IMG/VR virus record: IMGVR_UViG_3300042691_032880
Coordinates: 1 to 64,000 of that record
DNA: 64,000 nucleotides
Source of the DNA: a virus
Direction: 5' to 3' (one strand)
The notes under the pieces are model-generated. The model made no database searches. It was not told where the DNA came from and saw only the letters and a list, made by a program, of their open reading frames with translations. The translations under genes and the position numbers were made by a program. Of the stretch, positions 25,207-35,200 are shown in pieces (the first letter of the stretch is position 1; the number at the start of each line of letters is the position of its first letter).

Positions 25207-25346
25207 CTACCTTGTCCCCTGTATTGTTTCTTGTATAACTTACTGGATTTCAGCTTGCTAGTCTTAGTCTTGGCATGAATTCCAGGTCTGTTGATCTCAC
25301 GTTTAGCGACAGTTTTGACGCTCTCTGTCTTTTTAGGTTTGGCCAT
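25203..25346 (-). CDS. 47-aa basic protein ending YRGQGR (not in ORF track)
   Basis: MAKPKKTESVKTVAKREINRPGIHAKTKTSKLKSSKLYKKQYRGQGR*; ATGA overlap with the 504-aa gene. Confidence 0.75.
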   Translation of the reverse strand: MAKPKKTESVKTVAKREINRPGIHAKTKTSKLKSSKLYKKQYRGQGR

Positions 25347-25389
25347 ACTATAATATAAGCAAAATTCAGTTTATAATCAACAGTATCAA

Positions 25390-28300
25390 TTACTTCTTAG
25401 GTTTGGTCATTTCCTTGGCGCGTGGTTCAGGATCGAATGTGTCAATGACGTTACTTATACCCAGCAGGTCATAAAGGTTCTTCAATACCTTGGGATCACC
25501 CTCTTCAAAATAGATGGTGTTCTGCTTATAGTATCCAAGCTCATAGGATTTTTCGTCACCTGTAAGGCTATAATCCATAAAGTAAAACGCGTTATTTCCT
25601 AGGTTTATAATCGTTTCTCCTTCTTTAAACGCAGTAGTAAACTGACCAAAGGTTGTGAGATAGTCTTGAGGTTTACCGACGGTGAAAACAGGATTCATGG
25701 AACGGGTCTCGTTGGTAGCTTTGACTAATGCTCTGTATAACTGAAGCTCAGTCCATGTTAATTCCTCATCGTCATCTTTTTCCCACAAGGCTGCTCGAAG
25801 TACATAGTACAGTTGTAATGCTAAGTAACCTAGCATGAGTTCCCTAGCTGCCATAGACGCTCTGGATCGATACGCATCTGAGGGTTCTATTCCTGTTTTA
25901 AATGTCTCACGTATTCCTTTACTAAGTCGTCCACCACCTAATGAAGCTATACCTGGGAACGAAGCAATTCCATCTACAATAAAAGACTTGGCTCCTTTGA
26001 AGAAACCATAATACCTTACCATTTTAGCAGTAGCAGTCCACCATCCCATATATGCTTCATTGGTTGCCCATCCAAAAGATGATCCAACTCCTCTGTAAGT
26101 ATCTGCGAATGCTCCTTGGAATCGAGCACTAATTGCAGGTACGAGGTATTTACGATAAAATTCAAACAACGTACCTGGAAGTGTTGAACCAAAACGAGTC
26201 CTGGTGTCGGTTGAATAGTTACCTTGGAATCTGTATATCTCAGTCATTATCAATACCTTAAGATCCTCAACTTCTTTCATTGAAAGGTTGACGTCTTTTC
26301 GAATTGCAATACTGTTGTTCTCCAGTTTAAATGCGTCTATACCATTAATATAGACGTTGTTACCAGAAGCGTCTTTCTTTATCTTTTTAACGCCGTTTTC
26401 AATGATAGGATTACCCTCGGCATCCGTTTCAAATACCTCGTAGCGGCGGTTTATCAATATCATAAGTGCGGTGGTAACACCGATTTCAACCTCACCTTTG
26501 TCCTGAATCATCATTGACAAATCACCTACGTTAAAAGTTCTGTTTGCCAACCTACGCATCTTTCCTGCTGTATTGGCATCCATCATCCTATCTAGATTTT
26601 TAGTCAGAGGATTAAGGAACCTGATAAGTTTGGTTTCAAATCCTGCATCAGATATCTTACCCCAGTCACGCATCATTGATGGCATGAACCTCATGTAAAA
26701 TTCCTTCTTCGCTTTCAGATAATCTCCTTCTGTGGCATGACGAGTGGAAGATAGCGACAGATACTGTTGAATATTACCTGAAATAAGGTTACCTGCTTGC
26801 AGACCTACATCAAAAGCCATACGACTGAATGCTGCGACACTTGTAAGTATCCTGAGGTTTTTACGGTTGATAACCGATTGCTGCTGTTCAACCTCATAAC
26901 CTTTCTCATAAATCTGACCAAACACAAACTTGTTTTTATTGAATTCAATCTGGTTTATGATTGTCTGCAACTTCCCTGCATATAGGGTAGCTTCATCAGT
27001 ACCTCTTGCAGTCATTTTTCGTTGTTCTTCCTTTAACCAGTCTATGGATGAACCCATTATCACATTCAGCTGAGCCATCTGGAGATTCAGATAGTATCCT
27101 GCATTCCAGTTTACGATTGCTTCTATACCATTGGTGGTTGTAAGATCGGCTGATACCTCATAGTTTTCTTTGAACAGAATCCTGTTTTCACCCATCAAGC
27201 CTGACTCATTGGATGCTTTTTCAAGTTCACTACCTGCATAACTCAACTCATCAACCTTTGATTTCATTTCCCTTACAGCACCTTCCATACCTTTAGAAAC
27301 AAGGTTGTCAAAACCCAATTGCTGAACAAAAGGCAGACTGAAACCTAAGGGTGTTCCGCTTGCATTCTTTTGCTTCATCAGATACTGTTCAATAACCCAC
27401 TTGGAATAGAACTCGGAAGCAGTATTGTTTCCAAGGATGGCTTTGAACTTAGGATTTGCATACTTTGCATCCTTTGATATTTCAAACATGTTTGTATCAG
27501 GATTCAATCGAATACCCTTAGGCATAGGATAGTTTCCACGAGAAAACCTGTTCTTCGTATAGGATTCTTGGTAGTCAGGATTATATGCATTGTCTTTCAA
27601 TACTTTAATCCTATACTTCTTGTTAGGTACCAGCTCCATATCCTTTTCATTTGCTGGAATGAAATGGTACAAGTGCTGACCCCACTGTTCATTGAGAGCC
27701 ATTCCTTTTGCAATAGAATCTCTATCACCTGAAAATTTGACTCTACTATGCTTATTGAAGAATGTAATAAATTCATCAACATGTCTGTTGTATTGGTTTT
27801 CTTCATCAAGTATCTTGTCCAAGAACGCCCTGTCAACCGATTCTTTCTGATCGCGTTCACGATACATTTGCTGAAGATTGTTATATAAACGAACAACTTG
27901 CATGCGTTTTTCCTTGTAGTCCTTTGCAAAATCAGAACGAAGAACTTCCTTACGGAGTGTCTTCAGTTGTGTGAATAATGCATTTTTCCTAGCTTGGATA
28001 TCTGGATCAAATTCAGCATCTTCATTTTCTTCACGAAGCTCGTCCTTTCGTCTTTCACGTTGAAGTTCAAGTTCTTCATAACGCAATATCTCCTCTTCAT
28101 TGAGGTACTTGTAATTGAACTTACCACGTACAAAGGCTTTTGACCTGAGCTTGGACATTTCCTGATTGATCTCTTTCAGTTCCTCATCCTGTGTACCCAA
28201 CTCGGCAAGTTTCTCATATATCTTTGATATCTGCTCATTCCATTCCTCAGTAGGGACATAGTCACTATTGTTTTGATGGAACCTTTCAATTGCTGCTGGA

Positions 28301-31300
28301 TTTCCTTCAGCTTCTAATGCGGACAACTTCTTCTGCCATAGATTCCAGTTGGGACGGAATGTATAATACTCTTGTAGTTTCTTATACACGTCCATTGCTT
28401 CAGGATTCTTTTGACGCATGTCATAAAGTATCCTGGATATTTCAGATTCAAGATTGTCAATTTGGTCTTGTTGCAAATCAGTAAGGTACGCATCACTTCC
28501 TGCACTTCTTATGATTGCGGAAATAGTCTCTTGCAATTCGGTTATTTCAGCAATATCGACGCCGCTACCCATTTGAAGCATCAGAACTTCAGGTTTGAGA
28601 ATCGTATTGGTTTCTGCTATCTTCCATAGTACAAAGTCCTTTCTCTTCTGAGCAAGTTCAGTTCGAAGAGCATCCCTGTTCTGTCGGAGCTTATCCAATA
28701 CCACATCCTCACCACCGTTGCTTATCTCCGCATTAATCTCATCAATCCTTTCGTTCAAGTTCTTCAAGGAAACAGTGTAACTATTATAAGTTTCATAAAA
28801 CTCCTGACTTACAGGATCTACAAAGCGGCGTATTCTTTTGGTTTCTGTGACATTTCCATCTTTATCATAGCCTATTGGAACATCGACTTCTTCAACAATA
28901 AAGTTGTTTGCATTAGCCAAACCACCCATTGAGTTTATGAAGTTCTCTTTGAACTTGTCAATACCAAGTGAATCAGCCCATTTTAGGAATTCAGTCCTTC
29001 CCCTTTCCTTCATTGTGAACATGTACTTCCACATTGCGGATATGATCAATTCCGAGTTTGCATTCGCTCCGATAAAATCATCCGCGTTAAGAAATCCATT
29101 AACTGTTCCTGTAGTGCTTCCCAAATAAAATGGATGGTCTGAATTGTTGAACACACCATTGAGATACATATCGATGGTGTCGTCGTTCAGTTCATTCAGT
29201 TCAATCATCTTTCGGATTTCAGCGGCTTTCTTCTCATACTCTTCTAAAGTTGTCTGTGCACCAACTGATTCAATACCAACTATTCCTTTCAAGAACCGCA
29301 TTGCTTTCCATCCCATGGATGTATCGTTTGCAGTACCGTTTTTTATCTTGGCAATTTGATTCTCAAGGAACTTGAGTTGAGGTTCCAGGATAGCTTTCAT
29401 TTGACCAAACACACCTGCGGAAGCCAGTCCACCTTGTGTTTCTTTTATGATCGCTTTGATTACATCGCGGGATGTTCTATAATAAACATCACTGATATTG
29501 ACTATCTGTATTTCTATCTTGGAAAGGTAGTTGAGAATATCTTCCTTGATATTCTCTTCCAGAGTAGTGACAGCTCTTATGGAGTTCTTGAACATCTCCA
29601 TTGTATTAGCCATACTGCTGAGGTTCTTCATGTATGACTGAAGACTGCTTAACGCCTCATTGTTTTCTTTCGAGTTCAGTTGGTATGTTTCAGGAATGTC
29701 AATCTCGCGGATTTTCTCCTTCATGTAATTGATTTCGGAAATCATCACATCCAATGCAAGACGTATCAGATTTGCTTTGGAGAACTTACTGTCAGCCAAA
29801 CCTGAAGACTTTATGTTTGTACGTACTGCAATTATACTCGACTGCCTTTTGGTAATGGCATCAACCATTTCCGTACGACGTTCTTCTTCAATTTGTTTGT
29901 TCTGTCTTATGTTTTGCTTTTCTCTTTCCAGTGATTCATATTGCTCTTTGGCGAGTTCATCAAGACGATCTAAAATGATCTTTTGTACATCTTCGCTCAT
30001 GTGAGCAAACGGATTGTCAGCATTTTTAGGATCACTTGGAACAGAAGTATCATCAGAAATATCATCCTGAAAACGGAAACTGTTACGCGCAGCCATTTCA
30101 ACTTCGTTGGAATGAACTGGTTGGTTTGCAGGATCATAACCTTGACCATGTCCCATTATGTCCAATTCATTGAACTTACTGTATTTATATCCAGCAAGCT
30201 GTACTGTTTCTGGTTTTTTGGGATCACCTATGTACTTATATGCTAATGCCCATACGGTTCTTCCATTCACATTTAAGTTAAGCCTGCGAAGCATCTCTGA
30301 ATACACAGCAAGCTGCATGTGATATTTGGTCAGTGCGTTTCTTGCACGTATATCAGAGAACAGAATGTTTGCTCCAGGTTTGTAATTACCTTTGAAAGTA
30401 TCCATTTTCCTGAAAGTGTCCATTGGAAACACATCTAGATTTCCAACGTTTCCATCGGTTTTTTTGGTTTTCAAATCGACAATCTCGATGTTACCTTTCA
30501 AGTCTACTGCCAGGATATCAAATCGACCCAGTACGTAGTTACCATTCAAATCCTGTTGTACAACGCTGATTTCAGGAAGAAGAACCTTGTTCTCGCTCAA
30601 TAGGTTCGACATGGACGTAGCTATTTCAATAGCTGCATTACGCAAAACGTTTACGTCATAGTCTTTAAACATGATAAGGTCTTTGTTCTTGGCATAGAAC
30701 TTATCAAAGAAATCAGTGGTTGATAGTGTAATGTTGGGTTTTACACCTCCTTTAGCATACTCGTTCTGCAATTCCTCTACCATATAGTGAAAGAAGTTAC
30801 CGAAGTTTGCTCCTAACTTTGTAGTAAAGTCATTGAGGATTTGGGTATCTTCCGAACCAATGTATTTGGTTACCCCAATGGTTAATACATTTTGTTCAAG
30901 AAGACCTATCTTGTACTTTACGTTTTCCTCAAGAGTATCAATGACTTTTAATACCTCTTTATATTTGTTCTTGGCAAGGGTGGAACCTTTAGGTGTTGAA
31001 GGAGTTACCCCTGAAAGAAGATCCCTAGTCTTCTGCAATGCGACCAACTCACTTTGAGCTTTTTCCAAATTCATTTCCTTGGCGGTCTTCTTCTTGTTTC
31101 GAGGAGAAGCTCTATCCAAATCCTCCCTGTCTTCGGGATTGAAGTCTGCTCCTTCTACATTATCTGTACTGTAGTACATGTAGGGATCAACCTCTGGAGC
31201 ATTGAACACCATGCCATCAGTATTGATCATTTGAGCAATCGTGGCAAGTTTTGTTTCAGGGAATAAGGTATTTGTCTGTAACAATTCAGACAACCATTCG

Positions 31301-32271
31301 AAAAAGCGTTCAATCAGTTTACCTAATGCTGACTGTTTCCTTCCTTCAGGAGCTTGTTCCAATTCCGCTTTCATAGCGGTAGCCAAGTTCTTTGATATGA
31401 ACTCATGCTTGACTATGGTTTCAGGATTACTTAAACCTTTGGCTGAGTAATGCCTACGAAGATTCAGTATCTCAGCTGCAAACCTGGGATCATCCTTGAA
31501 TGCATTGAAAAGACCTGTGAACAAAGCTGGACGGTCTTGACGAAGGACCTCAACAAAAACGTGCATTACCTCTTCAATCGCGTCCTCAGGTATCACCCTA
31601 CCCTCAACAAGAATGATTTTATTGTTGCGAACATAAGCACGTATGGACGAGATAGGTTCGTAGTGATTGTTCTGATTCAGCTCATTCGGATTGATCCACT
31701 GGTAAGAAAGACCCTTGAACTTACCCACCAGATAATCCATTATAGGATTGATCTTTTGCTTTTGTAATTCAATCTCTTTCTTTGAGTATTTAATCGGTCC
31801 TTGGTTCTTATATGAAGGAAGAAACTTTATACGCGCCATACCTGGTAAAGAGTAGTTACGTTCAAGGTCTATCTTCACATCAGGAAACCTTTTTTGAAAA
31901 GCGGCTTTGAATCTAAGTACTTTAGCTTCAGGTTGCCAAGGATCTTGACCAGGATGAAACTCATGCCAGTTATAAAACTGTTGCTTTATGATCTTATTGA
32001 TCTCCGATGGAAGATAAAGGATGTTTTCCAACAGAGGTTCCCCGTTGTCATCCAGCCTTAAGTTTGTAACTCCGTTACGCCAGTCACCATGTCTTTGTAT
32101 AAACTTGTTGTTATAGGCTATGGACCAAGCTCTTAACGCTGCTCTTTCATCTTGTTCAAAGAAATCTTTGGCACTTTGATACAAAAGTGAAGGTTTTCCA
32201 TTAGGAGCTAATACCTGTTTACGGCTCTTGGTGGTTTCATCGTGTATTATTGAACACTTACTATTATCCAT
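25390..32271 (-). CDS. Giant cargo/polyvalent protein with zincin-like and PD-(D/E)XK nuclease domains
   Basis: 2293 aa; N-terminal APNGKPSLLY..GDW..LDDNGEP module; EEVMH zincin variant; GRFDIL...IVDLKT...YHMQLAVY nuclease motif; directly downstream of the RNAP gene, as in crAss-like phages. Confidence 0.75.
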   Translation of the reverse strand: MDNSKCSIIHDETTKSRKQVLAPNGKPSLLYQSAKDFFEQDERAALRAWSIAYNNKFIQRHGDWRNGVTNLRLDDNGEPLLENILYLPSEINKIIKQQFYNWHEFHPGQDPWQPEAKVLRFKAAFQKRFPDVKIDLERNYSLPGMARIKFLPSYKNQGPIKYSKKEIELQKQKINPIMDYLVGKFKGLSYQWINPNELNQNNHYEPISSIRAYVRNNKIILVEGRVIPEDAIEEVMHVFVEVLRQDRPALFTGLFNAFKDDPRFAAEILNLRRHYSAKGLSNPETIVKHEFISKNLATAMKAELEQAPEGRKQSALGKLIERFFEWLSELLQTNTLFPETKLATIAQMINTDGMVFNAPEVDPYMYYSTDNVEGADFNPEDREDLDRASPRNKKKTAKEMNLEKAQSELVALQKTRDLLSGVTPSTPKGSTLAKNKYKEVLKVIDTLEENVKYKIGLLEQNVLTIGVTKYIGSEDTQILNDFTTKLGANFGNFFHYMVEELQNEYAKGGVKPNITLSTTDFFDKFYAKNKDLIMFKDYDVNVLRNAAIEIATSMSNLLSENKVLLPEISVVQQDLNGNYVLGRFDILAVDLKGNIEIVDLKTKKTDGNVGNLDVFPMDTFRKMDTFKGNYKPGANILFSDIRARNALTKYHMQLAVYSEMLRRLNLNVNGRTVWALAYKYIGDPKKPETVQLAGYKYSKFNELDIMGHGQGYDPANQPVHSNEVEMAARNSFRFQDDISDDTSVPSDPKNADNPFAHMSEDVQKIILDRLDELAKEQYESLEREKQNIRQNKQIEEERRTEMVDAITKRQSSIIAVRTNIKSSGLADSKFSKANLIRLALDVMISEINYMKEKIREIDIPETYQLNSKENNEALSSLQSYMKNLSSMANTMEMFKNSIRAVTTLEENIKEDILNYLSKIEIQIVNISDVYYRTSRDVIKAIIKETQGGLASAGVFGQMKAILEPQLKFLENQIAKIKNGTANDTSMGWKAMRFLKGIVGIESVGAQTTLEEYEKKAAEIRKMIELNELNDDTIDMYLNGVFNNSDHPFYLGSTTGTVNGFLNADDFIGANANSELIISAMWKYMFTMKERGRTEFLKWADSLGIDKFKENFINSMGGLANANNFIVEEVDVPIGYDKDGNVTETKRIRRFVDPVSQEFYETYNSYTVSLKNLNERIDEINAEISNGGEDVVLDKLRQNRDALRTELAQKRKDFVLWKIAETNTILKPEVLMLQMGSGVDIAEITELQETISAIIRSAGSDAYLTDLQQDQIDNLESEISRILYDMRQKNPEAMDVYKKLQEYYTFRPNWNLWQKKLSALEAEGNPAAIERFHQNNSDYVPTEEWNEQISKIYEKLAELGTQDEELKEINQEMSKLRSKAFVRGKFNYKYLNEEEILRYEELELQRERRKDELREENEDAEFDPDIQARKNALFTQLKTLRKEVLRSDFAKDYKEKRMQVVRLYNNLQQMYRERDQKESVDRAFLDKILDEENQYNRHVDEFITFFNKHSRVKFSGDRDSIAKGMALNEQWGQHLYHFIPANEKDMELVPNKKYRIKVLKDNAYNPDYQESYTKNRFSRGNYPMPKGIRLNPDTNMFEISKDAKYANPKFKAILGNNTASEFYSKWVIEQYLMKQKNASGTPLGFSLPFVQQLGFDNLVSKGMEGAVREMKSKVDELSYAGSELEKASNESGLMGENRILFKENYEVSADLTTTNGIEAIVNWNAGYYLNLQMAQLNVIMGSSIDWLKEEQRKMTARGTDEATLYAGKLQTIINQIEFNKNKFVFGQIYEKGYEVEQQQSVINRKNLRILTSVAAFSRMAFDVGLQAGNLISGNIQQYLSLSSTRHATEGDYLKAKKEFYMRFMPSMMRDWGKISDAGFETKLIRFLNPLTKNLDRMMDANTAGKMRRLANRTFNVGDLSMMIQDKGEVEIGVTTALMILINRRYEVFETDAEGNPIIENGVKKIKKDASGNNVYINGIDAFKLENNSIAIRKDVNLSMKEVEDLKVLIMTEIYRFQGNYSTDTRTRFGSTLPGTLFEFYRKYLVPAISARFQGAFADTYRGVGSSFGWATNEAYMGWWTATAKMVRYYGFFKGAKSFIVDGIASFPGIASLGGGRLSKGIRETFKTGIEPSDAYRSRASMAARELMLGYLALQLYYVLRAALWEKDDDEELTWTELQLYRALVKATNETRSMNPVFTVGKPQDYLTTFGQFTTAFKEGETIINLGNNAFYFMDYSLTGDEKSYELGYYKQNTIYFEEGDPKVLKNLYDLLGISNVIDTFDPEPRAKEMTKPKK

Positions 32272-32274
32272 CGT

Positions 32275-35200
32275 TTAAGGGTTTTTACACTTGTTCTCTT
32301 CCTGTTCTATTTGATCATCCATATCCTTGATGGTAATTCCATCAGGTCTGTTTTCCAATGGATTATACACAGAATTTACAAGATCATACACAAATATATA
32401 CGATTCCCCTTTCATAAAACCCTCAAATCGCGAATCATTTTTGAGAGCATCCCAGGTCGGAGTATTGAACATGATTCTAGCAAAGTTGTCGAACCTTTGA
32501 GGATCATTCTTAAACAAAACTTCAGCATACGTTTCATCCAAGGGATTATACTGAATGATTCTTTGAGTCCTAGGATCATAAGCATAACGATAAAATTGTT
32601 CTTGGGTAGTAACCTTTGATCCATCCATTCGAGTAAGCGTCCTTCCTGCAATAGCTGAACTAGGGGTTTCCGACTCAGATAGCTGATATGCCTTATTGAT
32701 CTGGGGTATGACATTCACTGAATCAGGAAGCTTGATTTCTCTCATGATTGTAGTAGACTGAGGCTTCGTATTGATCATATTATGAATCTCAGCACCCTGT
32801 TGATTATTGAATGCAAACGGAGAAATCTTTGAAGTACCTTGTTTCACAACTGTTTCATACTCAGCTGATTTACCCCTGAGTTCTAAAGCATTACTTCCGA
32901 TACCCATTTCTGTTTCTAAGAGGGTATTTATAAATGTCTTACCTATACCCTGACCATCGATCTTTTTAAGGACCATGATTTGACCATAGATGTTGGTCTT
33001 ATACAGTGGGAACTTGAATCCATCCTTAAAATTACCTTGAATATCCGCAGCTCTTAAAAGCATTCTTACATCATCTGCAGTTTCATCTGTTATATCTGGT
33101 ATGGTTATAGTGAGCTTTCCTGTAACATCAGGTGTATACAGATCATAACTGTTGGCTTTTGCAGTTGCAGCTACACCACCTCTAATCTGAGGTCTGCTTA
33201 TTGTGATTTTTGCTTCATCTTTCAGTTTGTCTTTGAACTCACGTTTTGCAATGATAAACTGGTGATTATCAGGAGTAACAGTCTCAAAGAACTGAACAAA
33301 CTGTTCATCTGATATATTCTCGAACTTATCACGTCTTATTAGACTTGTCTTTTCTTCAACAGACTCATCGTTAAGACGCATGCTTACGATCTTGGATATG
33401 GATTCTGTAATCAAATCATCCAATTTCATTCCGCCGAAAGTATCCGAGAATATAGAGTCGATTGCATTTTGGTACTCTGTTTCCGCAGCTTCGGGAAGAC
33501 TATATGTACCATCTTGATTATCAATCTCTTTGTGTTTTGATAAAATAAGTTTATCAAGATCAACTAGTCTCTTTTGCAACTTCCATATGCCTTCCGCCAT
33601 TGGTCTGGACAAGAAGGAAGGAAGAAGGTCATAGTATCCACCAACAGTCATGTTGCCACCAGCTTTTATCATACCGTGGTATGCTATCCTGAAAGCTTTT
33701 ATCTTTTCATCTACATTTGGTGACTCTAAGAGAAACATCAAATCCGTAAACGCTTTTTCCTTTCCACTTGAACCCAGTTTGGACGTGGCTATTTCAAGAA
33801 CCTTCATTCCTGATCTAGGAGGTCCTATATTAACTGTCTTTATAGCCAATAAGAATTCGTTGTTCGGATATGCCTTGAGGAGACTGTGGTAGTCAGAAAT
33901 GACCTGTCCTCCCAGGAAGTTTTTGGGATCCAATTGCTCAAGATATATCTGAGCAGCAACACTATCCTTCTTTTCCTCAAGAGCGGAACGTTGGATTTGC
34001 ATTGCAAGGAATGACTTCAGATCCTTGCGGATATCCATTACATCATATCCATATTCCGTATTGAATAATGAAACCAATCCTTTCATAAAGCTTGTACGTT
34101 CCATCATGATCATTCTGGAAACATCGCTCATGTACATAATGGATTTCATATTCTCATCCAACACAGGATATGTCTCAAACAGTTTCTCCATCGTAGCCTT
34201 GGTAAAGAACTTGAGTTTACCCGCCTTGGCTTTGGTATAATCATTAACCAACGAGTCAAACCTGTCAAAATCAGGACGTAATGCTTTGAGGGGATCCGTA
34301 AGTTTGGTTATACCAAAACTTATCTCATTACCAAACTGCAAATACTTATTGAACTCGTTGAGCAATATGAGATTCTCGATTTCCATGGACACAGGTAGTC
34401 CTTTGGAATCTTCAATCCTGTAACCGAAGTTATCAATCGGTACCGTACCTGTAGATATCTGTTCCTGGGTATCAGGTTTGATATCATCATTGTATATGAT
34501 CTTATACGAATCGGAAACCAGTGTACCATCAGACATCAGTCCTCGATTTATCAGTTCAGAGTTAAGCTCCTTTTTAATAGAATCGAGTCTTTTGGTTATG
34601 AATTTTTGCAATGATACCCTGAACCTACGCTGCGTACTGGAATATGCGCTACCATAAGTCTGGTTGTATTCAGTTATGATATCCTTGATTACAGGCAATG
34701 ACTGGAACATGATTGCCGCCATCTTTGGAACCCCTGAAGCAAGCATTGAAGCAAGTACAGGTGTAGTAGTCCTATTCATATTCAAAGGACCAGGGTATGG
34801 ATTATTGGCAGCATCCGCATATATACCGATAAGACTTCCCACAAGTTGGACAGCATCATCCACTATCCTATCTGTTGTAACCTTTTGAATCTTGGTGGAA
34901 GTCTTTCCTGTTTTAGGATTGGCTTGTACGATTTCCTGGTAAAAAGAATTGGTTATGTTAGATACCATTTCCGCGTTAATCGTAGCTAACATGCTGACAC
35001 CTTTGTTGAAACTTGCAGCTATACCCAAAGAGTCCTTGGACTCGGAGTTGAGCGAACGTGCAACCGCAAGAGCGGTAGGAGTGTAAAGATTCTGCTTATT
35101 GTAAATCTCTTTTTCACTCAAACCTCTTCTCTCAACTGCGTTTTTATAATCATCAACTACAGCATCAGCACGCATACCCGTATCGGCAAAGAATCTGTCG

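Noticed and set aside
22988-25389. Shared late-promoter motif (TTATATT on the - strand near 23010 and 25350)
   Set aside because: Only two loose AT-rich matches, which cannot be told from background without more sequence.
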